Shown here: piece after piece, positions 1 through 8,312 of the stretch
Numbering within the stretch: the first letter of the stretch is position 1
How the letters are laid out: each line of letters begins with the position of its first letter
Assembly (NCBI GenBank): GCA_044348705.1
Contig: JBIKSH010000005.1
Coordinates: 25,552-89,551 of the forward strand
Direction of reading: 5' to 3'
Length of the DNA: 64,000 nucleotides
From: Rhodoluna sp.
GTDB lineage: Bacteria > Actinomycetota > Actinomycetes > Actinomycetales > Microbacteriaceae
Notes under the pieces: model-generated
Told to the model about the DNA's origin: nothing
Database searches by the model: none
Seen by the model: only the letters and a program-made list of their open reading frames with translations
Translations under genes and position numbers: made by a program

Positions 1-3000
1 ACATAGACCCTGTGAAGGTGAAACTGACCTCTGCAGCCGATGTGGTCGCGCCCCAGGGCTGGACGGTTACATTCTCAACTGACGGAACAACTTTCTCTGC
101 CACCCCGAGCAGCTGGGCGGCTGTCGTCAAGGTGAAAGCAACCGGTCCAGTCGACTCGGCAGGAGCGACCGCAGGTGGCCGACAACTGGTTTCAACTACC
201 GCATCCGCTTCTGGCACTGTCGCCACCACGAAGGGTGCAATCCGAAGCGGCGGAGACGGCTGGGACCTTGACTTCGACAGCCGCGGCTACGTCTACAACG
301 TCTACCACCGCAACCTAGTAAATGGCGCACTCGACTGTCGAAAAGTTAGCGACGGTTCTTTCTGCAGCCCAAACTGGCCATTCAGACTAAACAACCATGG
401 CTTTAATACGAACTTTGCACCTACCCAGTTTTTTGACGAAGTGAACCAACACATCTGGATTCCGACGGCCGACCGCCTAACCGGAACCGGATTCCTCTGT
501 GTTGACGTCTCGGTCGTCGAGACGCCGGGTCTCTGCGGAGGCTCAAAAGAGACCGCATGGAAGATGGTCAAAGCTCGAGCGAACGCAAACGAACTCAGCG
601 TTTACGACATCATTGCTGCAAACGGCAAAATATACGCCTGGGATGTTCTGAGCCCCGCTTTGCTCTGCTATGACTACCTAGCAAACAACGGTCTAGGCGC
701 TTCGTGCACCGGAGTGCCGACGTTCCCGAAGCTGGTTGCGGGAAGCGTTAACGGTGTGAACAACATCCCTGCCGGCCACACCAACTTGAAACTTGCCTTT
801 GGCAATCTATACGGTCAACTCAACGGTGTGATGGTTTGTTTCAACCCAACCACCTACGCGAAGTGTGCTGGCTGGGCTGACTATGACTTCAATATTCCAT
901 CGACCACCGGTGTCTCGGCTATGTATCTTCAGCCAAACAGCGCCGGCGCAATTGCCGGTGTTTGTGTTACGAATGACGCGAAGTGCTTCGCGGCAGATGG
1001 TACCCGTTTTGCGGCAAACACCACCATCCAGGCTGCTCTAACCAACTGGAACCTTGCCAAATGGAAGGGCGCAGTCGAGGCTATCGGCAGCAGATTGCTA
1101 TTCGTAAGCATCTGGGACAAGCCTTCATACCTCTTCTGCTACGACTTTGCACTCAATGGCCCTTGCGCAAACTGGACACCTTCATCTGCCTTTGGCGTTG
1201 CGGGCGTAGGTCAAATGCTCATGCAGCCACAAGGAGATAACTCATGGCGTGTGTACACGATCAAGAGTGACCCACGCGCAAGCGACTGCCTCTGGACAAA
1301 CGGTGACGCTCCGATTGCAACAATCGGGCAAGTAACCCTTTCAACCGCAACCTTCGGATGCAACATCCAAGTGGCGAACCCAACCTATGGGCAAAGTTCG
1401 TTTCAAACGCGACTCGGATGTTCGGCTGATGCCAACCTCGCGTACAAGCGTTTCACGATCGGCGGCCTTACCAAAGGCGTTGACTACTCGAGCGCGACCC
1501 TAACCATTACCAAGGCTTCTGGTGAAGTTCTTGTATCTGGCGGTACCAAGTGGGAGAACGTGGCCTTTGATAATGCCGGCTCCGTGAACGTGGCGTCCAT
1601 TTTGATGTCTGATCTGGGTACCGGTGCATCGTTTAAGGTGAACTACGCCAACCGCACCTCCACTGCTGCAACGACAGCGAAGATGACCTTAGAAACCGAC
1701 GCAGCCCAACTGTGTACTACAGTGACGGCAAACACCATTTGCCCAACCACTACCCAAGTGGGCACCCCCGTTGGTCAGTCGACCTTGTTCACAGCAACCG
1801 GTGCACAGATTGTTTCAGGTGTTCGCACCAACTACAGCTCGACTTCTGAGACTCTAGCCATTTCGGCTCCAAGCGCCGCCGCTTGCGGTTTTGCCATGAC
1901 TGGTCAGGTCGCTGAAGGTGAATTTGCTAAGTCATATCCGACAACCATTAAACCTATTTCTGGGGTCACTGCAACCTTGACCGACTCGGCAGGAAACGTG
2001 CTCAAAGACGCTGAGGGTCAAGACATCACTGCGGTCACTGATGCCAGTGGAAATTACACCTTTGGCTACCTAAAGGCAGGCACATACAAGGTGCGCTTCG
2101 CTGACTTCCCGCTGGTCAACGGAGTGGGCGCTGGCGATGTGGCCATGGTCTACATTTCACCGTTCAAGTACCAGGGCGGCAGCTATGTAATGACTGCACA
2201 AAACCCGATGAACTTCACCACCATTCAGTCGCCTTTGACCTCACTGGCGGTTACGGGTTCGGCCGGCGGTGGCGACATGGTTGTCAAGGCCACCTACACG
2301 ATGCGTGCGGTGGCAAATGCCGACACAGTCTCGATCAAGGCAGGCGCGGCTTCGACGATCGATGTGCTCGCTAACGATTCACCGACAACTGACGATAGCT
2401 TCACAACCACCAGCCTCAAGCTCTGTGCGGTCAACACAACTAGCTCTTGCACCCTTTCAACCGTCACCGTTTCGGGCGAAGGTACCTATACGGTTTCGTC
2501 CGGAAAGATTGTCTTTACCCCGGCTGTAGGGTTCACTGGCGCAGCAAAGCCAATCACTTATCAAGTGTCTGACAGCTACTCAAACACCCCTCAGACCGTT
2601 ACTGCATTGCTGTCGGTGACTGCCGTTCCGGCTCCGACCACCGCGGCAGACACCACCTCGGGTAACACGCTTGCTCCAATCACAGTGGATGTCACAGCCA
2701 ACGACTCACCTGCAACGGGCACCACGCTCGACAAGGCTTCGGTGAAACTCTGTGCGGTTGGAACCACCACTGGGTGTGCTCAAACTTCGGTTTACGTAAC
2801 TGGCAAGGGAACCTATGCGGTCAGCAACACCGGAGTGATCACATTCACTCCAGATGCTGGTTTTGTCGGCGCTGTCGCACCGCTCACCTACTCGATCAAT
2901 GACGCGGTTGGCAACACCTCTACAAACACCGTTGGCGTCACCGTGAACCCAACGCCGCCTCAGGTCACGACAGCTACGTTTGGCCCAGCTGCGCTCGGCG

Positions 3001-6000
3001 TAGCAGCCGAGCCGTTCACTCAGGCGAGTACTGCGGGCTCAGCGAGCATCCCAGCGGTTAGCGCTTGGAGCTTGGTTGCCGGTCAAGTTCCTCCTGGCAT
3101 GGCCTTTGACGTCAACACTGGAGCCATTACGGGCACCCCAACTACGGTCGGAAACTATACGTTCACAGTTCAGGTGACAGATGCAAATGGGCTCACCGCG
3201 ACAAAGGTTGAAACCATCGTGGTTGCCGTTCCACCGACGATTACCACCACTCCCCTGACCTACAAGGTTTATGCCGGTGCACTTTCGAACATCAGCAGCA
3301 CAGCCGATAAGGGAACAGTTGACCTAAAGCCAACAGCGGCTTGGAGCGCGACCGGACTACCTGCTGGGTTGTCAATCAACCCGAACACCGGTGCCATCAC
3401 AGGCACTCCGACTGCAACCGGGTCATTCACCGTTACGCAGAAGGTTGTCGACCTGAACGGTCTTGTCGATACTCAAGATTTGACCATCAACGTAGTCGCG
3501 AAGCCGACCATCGATACAGTGCTACCCCTCGCTTCAATCGTTGCTGGAAAGACAATCACGCCGATTGAGCAGTCCAAAACTGCAGGAACCGCTTTGATTC
3601 CAGCGACCGGCGCTTGGAGTATCGAGTCTGGGGCTCTTCCCTTCGGCTTGACACTCAATGCCGACACCGGAGCTATCTCGGGAACCACCGCTCTTACCGG
3701 CACATTCACGTTTACTCTCAAGTTGACCGACGCAGCGGGAGAAGTTGCAACCAAGGTTGAAACCATAACCGTGAACTCTGGGCCAACCATCACGACCACG
3801 CCGCTTACTCGCAAGGTTTACACAGGCACTGCGGCAACCGTGGCTAACACGGTTACCATCGGAACCGGCGCAATTCTGTCAACCGGTGGCTGGAGTGCAA
3901 CTGGATTGCCGGCTGGCTTGAGCCTGAACGCAAACACTGGTGTTATCTCGGGCACACCGACTGTCGCCGGCAGCTACAACGTTGTTGAACGTGTAGTCGA
4001 TGTGAACGGCTTGGCCGACGAGGAAACAATCGTGATCAAGGTGGTCACGAAGCCTACGATCACCACTGTGACGCCTCTAACCCCTGTGGTTTCAGGAGTT
4101 ACCATCACGCCAATCGCGCAAACGAAAACCAACGGAAGCGCGGCGGTTGCAGCAACGGGAGCTTGGTCTCTTGAGTCCGGTTCGCTACCAGCTGGCCTTG
4201 CTCTGAACCCAAACACCGGTGAAATCACTGGTAAGCCAACTGCCACCGGAACCTTCACCTTCACCGTGAAGTTGGTCGATGTTGATGGCGAAATCGCGAC
4301 AAAAGAAGAAACCCTCGTGGTGAATTCTGGTCCTACCATTACGACGACGCCGCTGGCTCGAACCCTGAACAATGGCGTCGCTGCGACTATCGCAAACTCG
4401 GTCACAATTGGTACCAGCGCAGTCGCCAATAATGGATGGACCGCAACCGGATTGCCGGCGGGCTTGTCTCTGAACCCGAGCACCGGAGCGATTACAGGTA
4501 CACCCACCACAAACGGAACCTTTACAGTTGCGCTGAAGGTAACCGACCTGAACGGTTTGTTCGATGAAGAGACTCTAACCATCACCATCGAAGCCCCACC
4601 GGTGGTCACCACCACCCCGGTCTCATATAAGTTCGGTGTAAACAACCCACTTAATTTGATTTTGGATGACTTCTTTGCCACTGGAACCAAGTTCGCGGCC
4701 TCTAGAGAGATCGTCAACACAGCAAACAAGGGCACTGCCAACATCGGCACCACAGGTGCGTGGAGTGCAATCGGTCTTCCACCTGGTCTAACCATCAACC
4801 CCGATACAGGAAAGATTGGCGGCTCAGCGACCACTGTCGGTGTTTACACGCCAACCATCACCGTCACTGACCTAGCTGGCCTCAGAGGCTCTAAGGTGCT
4901 CACAATCGAGATTGTGCAAGGCCCTAAAAACACGACTCCTAAGGTGTACAACTACGAAGTGGACATTCCGAAAAAGCTTGGAACCACACCTGTAACGATT
5001 ACTCAAACCTGGACTCTAGGCTCTGCCCAATTGAACTCGAATGGGCGACCAGTGCCTCATCTAGTTCAGGGCGAGAAACCCGCCGTCGTGACATCCGTGA
5101 GCATCGTAAATGGTGAAATTCAGGTTCTTCCTTCACTGGCCATGTCACTGGGTAAGGGTGTCGGAGCATATGAGCTGAAGACCGTCATAGTCGACGCAAA
5201 CGGCGCCTTCGATATTGCAACGTTCACCATCAACATCACCAATGGCGCGACCAATGTGACGACATTGATACTTCCAGAAACGATTGTCGATGGAATGTTG
5301 ATGACAAATGACCTATTCGCGCTATCTGGAACGAGCAGTAAGAAGCTGGCCCTGAGCTACACGACTAGCACTCCTAAGGTCTGTGTAATCGACACGGCTA
5401 CCAAAAAGCTCAAACTGCTAAATGAAGGCACGTGTACCGTCACCGCTGCCAGTGGCACCGGCGCTCTGCTCTCTAAAGACACCAAGAGCTTCAAGGTCAC
5501 CAAGCTGCCACAAACCACGACCATCATCGAGCCTGGCTCGGTGATTCCGGGTGGAATTGAAAAGGCACCTTTGGCAACCGATGATCCACTCGGATTCCAG
5601 CTTTACGCGTCGGTGACCTCGGGTCTGCCGCCGGTTTACGTCTCGCTAGATCCAAACGTGTGTTCAGTGGATGCTGGCGGCGTGGTTGTCTGGGACGCGG
5701 ACTTGACTGCAGTGCCTAAGGTGGCGTCTGACTTCAAGTGCCGCATCCAAGTGTCACACCCGGGCAACGTGGGCTATAAGGCGGCGGCGCCGAAGGTAAT
5801 CACGCTTACCGCGACGCACGTCGAACCGCTTCCGCCTGACGGTGGAGTGACCAAAGAGCCAGAGCAGCTTGCTGCACTGCCTGCTAGCGGCGGAACCACC
5901 GCTGAAAAGGGCGGCAACAAGTTCGTTGTAAAGGTCGATAAGGGCAAGAAGACCGTGACCGTTCAGCCGATCTCAAAGGGTCGCTGGATTGGACCGATCT

Positions 6001-6491
6001 ACGCCGACATCACCATCACATACACGCCTAAGGGTGCAACTGTTTCAAAGACTCAGGTCTGTAAGCGAAACTACTTTGGAATCGCGGTTATCGACCCGAA
6101 GACAAAGAAGATGGTCACACCTGAACTTGGCGGTAACCCGTTGGTGATTCCTGAAAAGACTAAGTACTCAACGCAGGTAACCGCCCTAATCAAGAAGTAC
6201 CAAGCTATGAAGGGCAAGTTCAGCACTACCAAGACGGTCAAGGGCAAAAAGGTTAAGTACCCTGGCTACCTTGACTACAAGTACTTCAACGGCCAAGCCA
6301 CCTGTGTGCTCGACTCTAGCGCTTACGCAGCTTGGAAGTCCGGAGTTCAGATCACAGCCAAGGCTACGGTTACGCGTGACAGGCGTTGGCCAACAACCTA
6401 CACGCGCTACAAGTCATACGACTGGAAGAAGAAGAGCAACAACGGCATCATCTATCCAACAGTTGTCGACTGGGTAATCAAGATCGGCTAA
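1..6491 (+). CDS. Giant secreted repeat / adhesin-like surface protein, 5'-partial (at least 2159 aa in window)
   Basis: The frame is open from the window edge (first full codon at nt 3, no in-frame stop before the GTG at 12) to TAA 6489-6491. Segments readable in translation: a Cys-paired periodic N-region; a Cna-B/SdrD-B-like segment (SGVTATLTDSAGNVLKD..GNYTFGYLKAGTYKVRF); two CshA-type-fibril-like repeats; seven putative-Ig (He_PIG / dystroglycan-cadherin-like) repeats; two Big-like segments (..TSTPKVCVID..GTCTVTA..); a Lys-rich tail. No LPXTG-type signal at the C-terminus. Confidence 0.85.
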   Translation, partial: IDPVKVKLTSAADVVAPQGWTVTFSTDGTTFSATPSSWAAVVKVKATGPVDSAGATAGGRQLVSTTASASGTVATTKGAIRSGGDGWDLDFDSRGYVYNVYHRNLVNGALDCRKVSDGSFCSPNWPFRLNNHGFNTNFAPTQFFDEVNQHIWIPTADRLTGTGFLCVDVSVVETPGLCGGSKETAWKMVKARANANELSVYDIIAANGKIYAWDVLSPALLCYDYLANNGLGASCTGVPTFPKLVAGSVNGVNNIPAGHTNLKLAFGNLYGQLNGVMVCFNPTTYAKCAGWADYDFNIPSTTGVSAMYLQPNSAGAIAGVCVTNDAKCFAADGTRFAANTTIQAALTNWNLAKWKGAVEAIGSRLLFVSIWDKPSYLFCYDFALNGPCANWTPSSAFGVAGVGQMLMQPQGDNSWRVYTIKSDPRASDCLWTNGDAPIATIGQVTLSTATFGCNIQVANPTYGQSSFQTRLGCSADANLAYKRFTIGGLTKGVDYSSATLTITKASGEVLVSGGTKWENVAFDNAGSVNVASILMSDLGTGASFKVNYANRTSTAATTAKMTLETDAAQLCTTVTANTICPTTTQVGTPVGQSTLFTATGAQIVSGVRTNYSSTSETLAISAPSAAACGFAMTGQVAEGEFAKSYPTTIKPISGVTATLTDSAGNVLKDAEGQDITAVTDASGNYTFGYLKAGTYKVRFADFPLVNGVGAGDVAMVYISPFKYQGGSYVMTAQNPMNFTTIQSPLTSLAVTGSAGGGDMVVKATYTMRAVANADTVSIKAGAASTIDVLANDSPTTDDSFTTTSLKLCAVNTTSSCTLSTVTVSGEGTYTVSSGKIVFTPAVGFTGAAKPITYQVSDSYSNTPQTVTALLSVTAVPAPTTAADTTSGNTLAPITVDVTANDSPATGTTLDKASVKLCAVGTTTGCAQTSVYVTGKGTYAVSNTGVITFTPDAGFVGAVAPLTYSINDAVGNTSTNTVGVTVNPTPPQVTTATFGPAALGVAAEPFTQASTAGSASIPAVSAWSLVAGQVPPGMAFDVNTGAITGTPTTVGNYTFTVQVTDANGLTATKVETIVVAVPPTITTTPLTYKVYAGALSNISSTADKGTVDLKPTAAWSATGLPAGLSINPNTGAITGTPTATGSFTVTQKVVDLNGLVDTQDLTINVVAKPTIDTVLPLASIVAGKTITPIEQSKTAGTALIPATGAWSIESGALPFGLTLNADTGAISGTTALTGTFTFTLKLTDAAGEVATKVETITVNSGPTITTTPLTRKVYTGTAATVANTVTIGTGAILSTGGWSATGLPAGLSLNANTGVISGTPTVAGSYNVVERVVDVNGLADEETIVIKVVTKPTITTVTPLTPVVSGVTITPIAQTKTNGSAAVAATGAWSLESGSLPAGLALNPNTGEITGKPTATGTFTFTVKLVDVDGEIATKEETLVVNSGPTITTTPLARTLNNGVAATIANSVTIGTSAVANNGWTATGLPAGLSLNPSTGAITGTPTTNGTFTVALKVTDLNGLFDEETLTITIEAPPVVTTTPVSYKFGVNNPLNLILDDFFATGTKFAASREIVNTANKGTANIGTTGAWSAIGLPPGLTINPDTGKIGGSATTVGVYTPTITVTDLAGLRGSKVLTIEIVQGPKNTTPKVYNYEVDIPKKLGTTPVTITQTWTLGSAQLNSNGRPVPHLVQGEKPAVVTSVSIVNGEIQVLPSLAMSLGKGVGAYELKTVIVDANGAFDIATFTINITNGATNVTTLILPETIVDGMLMTNDLFALSGTSSKKLALSYTTSTPKVCVIDTATKKLKLLNEGTCTVTAASGTGALLSKDTKSFKVTKLPQTTTIIEPGSVIPGGIEKAPLATDDPLGFQLYASVTSGLPPVYVSLDPNVCSVDAGGVVVWDADLTAVPKVASDFKCRIQVSHPGNVGYKAAAPKVITLTATHVEPLPPDGGVTKEPEQLAALPASGGTTAEKGGNKFVVKVDKGKKTVTVQPISKGRWIGPIYADITITYTPKGATVSKTQVCKRNYFGIAVIDPKTKKMVTPELGGNPLVIPEKTKYSTQVTALIKKYQAMKGKFSTTKTVKGKKVKYPGYLDYKYFNGQATCVLDSSAYAAWKSGVQITAKATVTRDRRWPTTYTRYKSYDWKKKSNNGIIYPTVVDWVIKIG
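2311..2950 (+). repeat. Two tandem CshA-type-fibril-like coding repeats (about 105 aa each) inside the giant ORF
   Basis: Paired segments ..SIKAGAASTIDVLANDSPTTDDSFTTTSLKLCAV..VTVSGEGTYTVSSGKIVFTPAVGFTGAAKPITYQVSD.. and ..TLAPITVDVTANDSPATGTTLDKASVKLCAV..VYVTGKGTYAVSNTGVITFTPDAGFVGAVAPLTYSIND.. share the motif pattern ANDS, KLCA, GKGTY, G-I-FTP, GF-G and Y. Confidence 0.6.
2955..4919 (+). repeat. Seven tandem putative-Ig (He_PIG-like) coding repeats, about 85-105 aa each
   Basis: Repeat starts are near 2955, 3231, 3501, 3780, 4050, 4329 and 4596. Each carries W-S/T-x-x-GLP-x-GL-x-(L/I)N-x-x-TG-x-I-(T/S)GTPT-x-x-G-x-(F/Y)T. R2/R4/R6 form one subtype and R3/R5 another. The DNA copies have diverged and are not near-identical. 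Confidence 0.75.
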
Positions 6492-6507
6492 GGCCGAGTT
6501 CAAGTGG

Positions 6508-6535
6508 ATGCGGGCTGCAGAAATGTGGCCCGCAT
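6508..6535. terminator. Hairpin between the convergent adhesin and DoxX-like genes (possible bidirectional terminator)
   Basis: ATGCGGGC (6508-6515), 12-nt loop, GCCCGCAT (6528-6535): a perfect 8-bp stem. It is followed by TCGCTGTTT on the plus strand. The T-run is weak on both strands. Confidence 0.45.
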
Positions 6536-6542
6536 TCGCTGT

Positions 6543-6956
6543 TTAACGGCTCGGGCGAAAGACTTGGCGCAACCAGGCAATCGAACCTGCGCTCCACAGC
6601 GCCCAAACGACCAGCAACGGCTGAAAGAACAGGCGGATTAGTCGTGCCTCATCGGTGTTGAGACCAAATGCATCGATGCCTTGAACATACTGATTGATGT
6701 TGCCGGCAAAGATTGCCACGAAGAACGTGGCAACCACGACACCTACTTGAGGCAGATACTTGGTCGCCGAAACGAGCGCTAGACCGAGCAGAATCTCTAC
6801 TGCACCAGAGGCCAAAACAACGAAGTCAACGTCGAGCGGCAGCCACACCGGAACCTGTGCGCGAAAATCCGCTCGCCCGAAGGTGAGGTGTGAAATGCCG
6901 GCGAATATGAGAAACGCTGCGAGCAGCATCCGCGCTAATGTTTTGGCGACTCTCAT
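6543..6956 (-). CDS. DoxX-like small integral membrane protein (about 137 aa, 4 predicted TM)
   Basis: The ORF is very hydrophobic, with the pattern ..LLAAFLIFAGISHL....VP.WLP....VVLASGAVEILLGLALV.. that I associate with DoxX/DoxX-like families. ATG at 6956-6954 (TTG one codon upstream at 6959) lies 6 nt after the heliorhodopsin stop codon. Confidence 0.5.
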   Translation of the reverse strand: MRVAKTLARMLLAAFLIFAGISHLTFGRADFRAQVPVWLPLDVDFVVLASGAVEILLGLALVSATKYLPQVGVVVATFFVAIFAGNINQYVQGIDAFGLNTDEARLIRLFFQPLLVVWALWSAGSIAWLRQVFRPSR

Positions 6957-6962
6957 CAAGGA

Positions 6963-7766
6963 TTAGAGAGTCAGTGCGGGAATGATTGCGCCAGAGAAAA
7001 CCTGCCAAGCGAGGATGCTCTTAGCCACGAGTGAGAGCGTGATGTAGGTGCGCTCCCCCTTGAGGTAGTTAGCCCACGAGCCGATCTGCTTGTACTGAAG
7101 AGCCTGGTTGATAGCGAAGGTGTTGAAGAAGATGAACAGTGAAACGATGATTCCGATTACGAAACCAGGAACCTCGGCTGCGCTCTCTGAGCCTGGCTGG
7201 AACGCTTGGACGGCGATTAGAACCCAAGGCACGATTCCGGTCATCGAACCGAAGATGAAAGGTAGGCCCTTGCCGTTGCCTGGGGTTTCGTACTTCTCTT
7301 GGAGAGCACCGAACATGATCATCGAGGCGTTGACCGCGAAGATTGCGACCAGAGCCGAGAAGTCTGAAATGCCCGTGAGCTGGGCGATTAGCCAAATCAT
7401 GACTGACGAGCTGATCGAATACTCAACCCATCTGAAGTAGTTGTGGTTGCGCTCGAGCCCAGCGGCATAGCGCTTGAAGAACATTGGCGACGAGATTAGA
7501 AAGTGAAAGAATGCCGAGAGGGCCAAGAACGCGACAACGCCCAGGCCTAAGTTGACTTCCCATAGAACCACTTTCTCGGTTGGAAAGCCTGCCCCCGGAG
7601 GGCCGGTCATGTAGTCGACGGTGGCATCAAAGGTGACTTGGTTTTCGATTCGCGACAAGAAGTAACCAAATGCAACGGCCTGAAGCAGGTGCATGAACCC
7701 GGCAACGATGTTGTAAGTTCTCAACCGAGTGATTTGTTCGGCTGGAGTGCGTGTGGTTTTGGCCAT
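6963..7766 (-). CDS. Heliorhodopsin (retinal-binding 7-TM protein, 267 aa)
   Basis: Near-colinear with my recollection of the prototype heliorhodopsin 48C12. Shared blocks: FMHLLQ (His26), SAFFHF(L)ISS (His88), NYFRWVEYSISSSVMIWLIAQ (Glu115 counterion position), FAVNASMIMFG, QEKY, GIVPW, VPGFVIGIIVSLFIFFN, LQYK, SNYLKGERTYITLSLVAKSILAWQ(V)FSG (Schiff-base Lys249; AAG at 7022-7020). SD-like AAGGGGA lies 6-7 nt before ATG 7766. Confidence 0.9.
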   Translation of the reverse strand: MAKTTRTPAEQITRLRTYNIVAGFMHLLQAVAFGYFLSRIENQVTFDATVDYMTGPPGAGFPTEKVVLWEVNLGLGVVAFLALSAFFHFLISSPMFFKRYAAGLERNHNYFRWVEYSISSSVMIWLIAQLTGISDFSALVAIFAVNASMIMFGALQEKYETPGNGKGLPFIFGSMTGIVPWVLIAVQAFQPGSESAAEVPGFVIGIIVSLFIFFNTFAINQALQYKQIGSWANYLKGERTYITLSLVAKSILAWQVFSGAIIPALTL

Positions 7767-7794
7767 TGTGAATCCCCTTTTGTTGGTTGGGGTC

Positions 7795-7800
7795 AGTCTA
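7795..7800 (-). promoter_or_regulatory. Candidate -10 hexamer TAGACT, 28 nt upstream of the heliorhodopsin ATG
   Basis: The minus strand reads TAA-caaaggca-TAGACT-gaccccaaccaacaaaaggggattcaca-ATG. It fits the actinobacterial TAnnnT -10 and the hexamer that recurs in this window. No convincing -35. Confidence 0.35.
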
Positions 7801-7808
7801 TGCCTTTG

Positions 7809-8306
7809 TTACTTCTGTTTTGGCGCTTGAGCTGACGATTTACCCTCGGAGCTGGGTTTTTTAGTGGCGTAGGCGAACAAGGCCAAACCTGCAACCAGCG
7901 CACCCGCGCCTACGCCGTAGGCAACGACGTCGGCTGCGCGGTTAGAGTCGACGAATACACCAACGAAGACCACTGCGATGATTGCCACGACAACGCCGAT
8001 GAGCTTTGACTTCAAATCATCGAGGTCGTTGATCTGAAGCCAGGTTGGTACCTCGATCCGGGTGTCCACAAAGAGTTCATAAAGACCAAAGCCAATGACC
8101 AACAGAACGGTGCCGAGCAAGATGGCGTCGACTGCGGTCAGAACATCCACGATTGTGACTTTGAGGTAGCTGCCCTTGAAGATTGAGTCAAAAACGACCA
8201 TCAGAATCTCAATGGAACCTTGGACCATCAGCAGAAGGGCCCCGATCATCGAAGCAATGGCTGGCACGACGACCGCATAGCGGGTCATTCCGAGGATTTT
8301 TCTCAT
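7809..8306 (-). CDS. YqhA / UPF0114-family-like membrane protein (165 aa)
   Basis: Multi-TM ORF. Its architecture and length resemble E. coli YqhA-type proteins (N-terminal TM, ..ILLGTVLLVIGFGLYELFV.., then ..KSKLIGVVVAIIAVVF..). It has a Lys/Ser-rich C-terminal tail. Same strand as the heliorhodopsin gene, 42 nt upstream of it. Confidence 0.55.
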   Translation of the reverse strand: MRKILGMTRYAVVVPAIASMIGALLLMVQGSIEILMVVFDSIFKGSYLKVTIVDVLTAVDAILLGTVLLVIGFGLYELFVDTRIEVPTWLQINDLDDLKSKLIGVVVAIIAVVFVGVFVDSNRAADVVAYGVGAGALVAGLALFAYATKKPSSEGKSSAQAPKQK

Positions 8307-8312
8307 GTCTGC

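Noticed and set aside
3473-4834. Long antisense ORFs (3473..3814, 113 aa; 3974..4834, 286 aa) inside the adhesin repeat region
   Set aside because: They lie exactly opposite the Thr/Gly/Pro/Val-rich Ig-like repeats. Their translations are low-complexity mirror images (V/G/P/A/T rich) with no motifs. The sense-strand ORF is uninterrupted for 6.5 kb with clear domain signatures. They are a compositional artefact.
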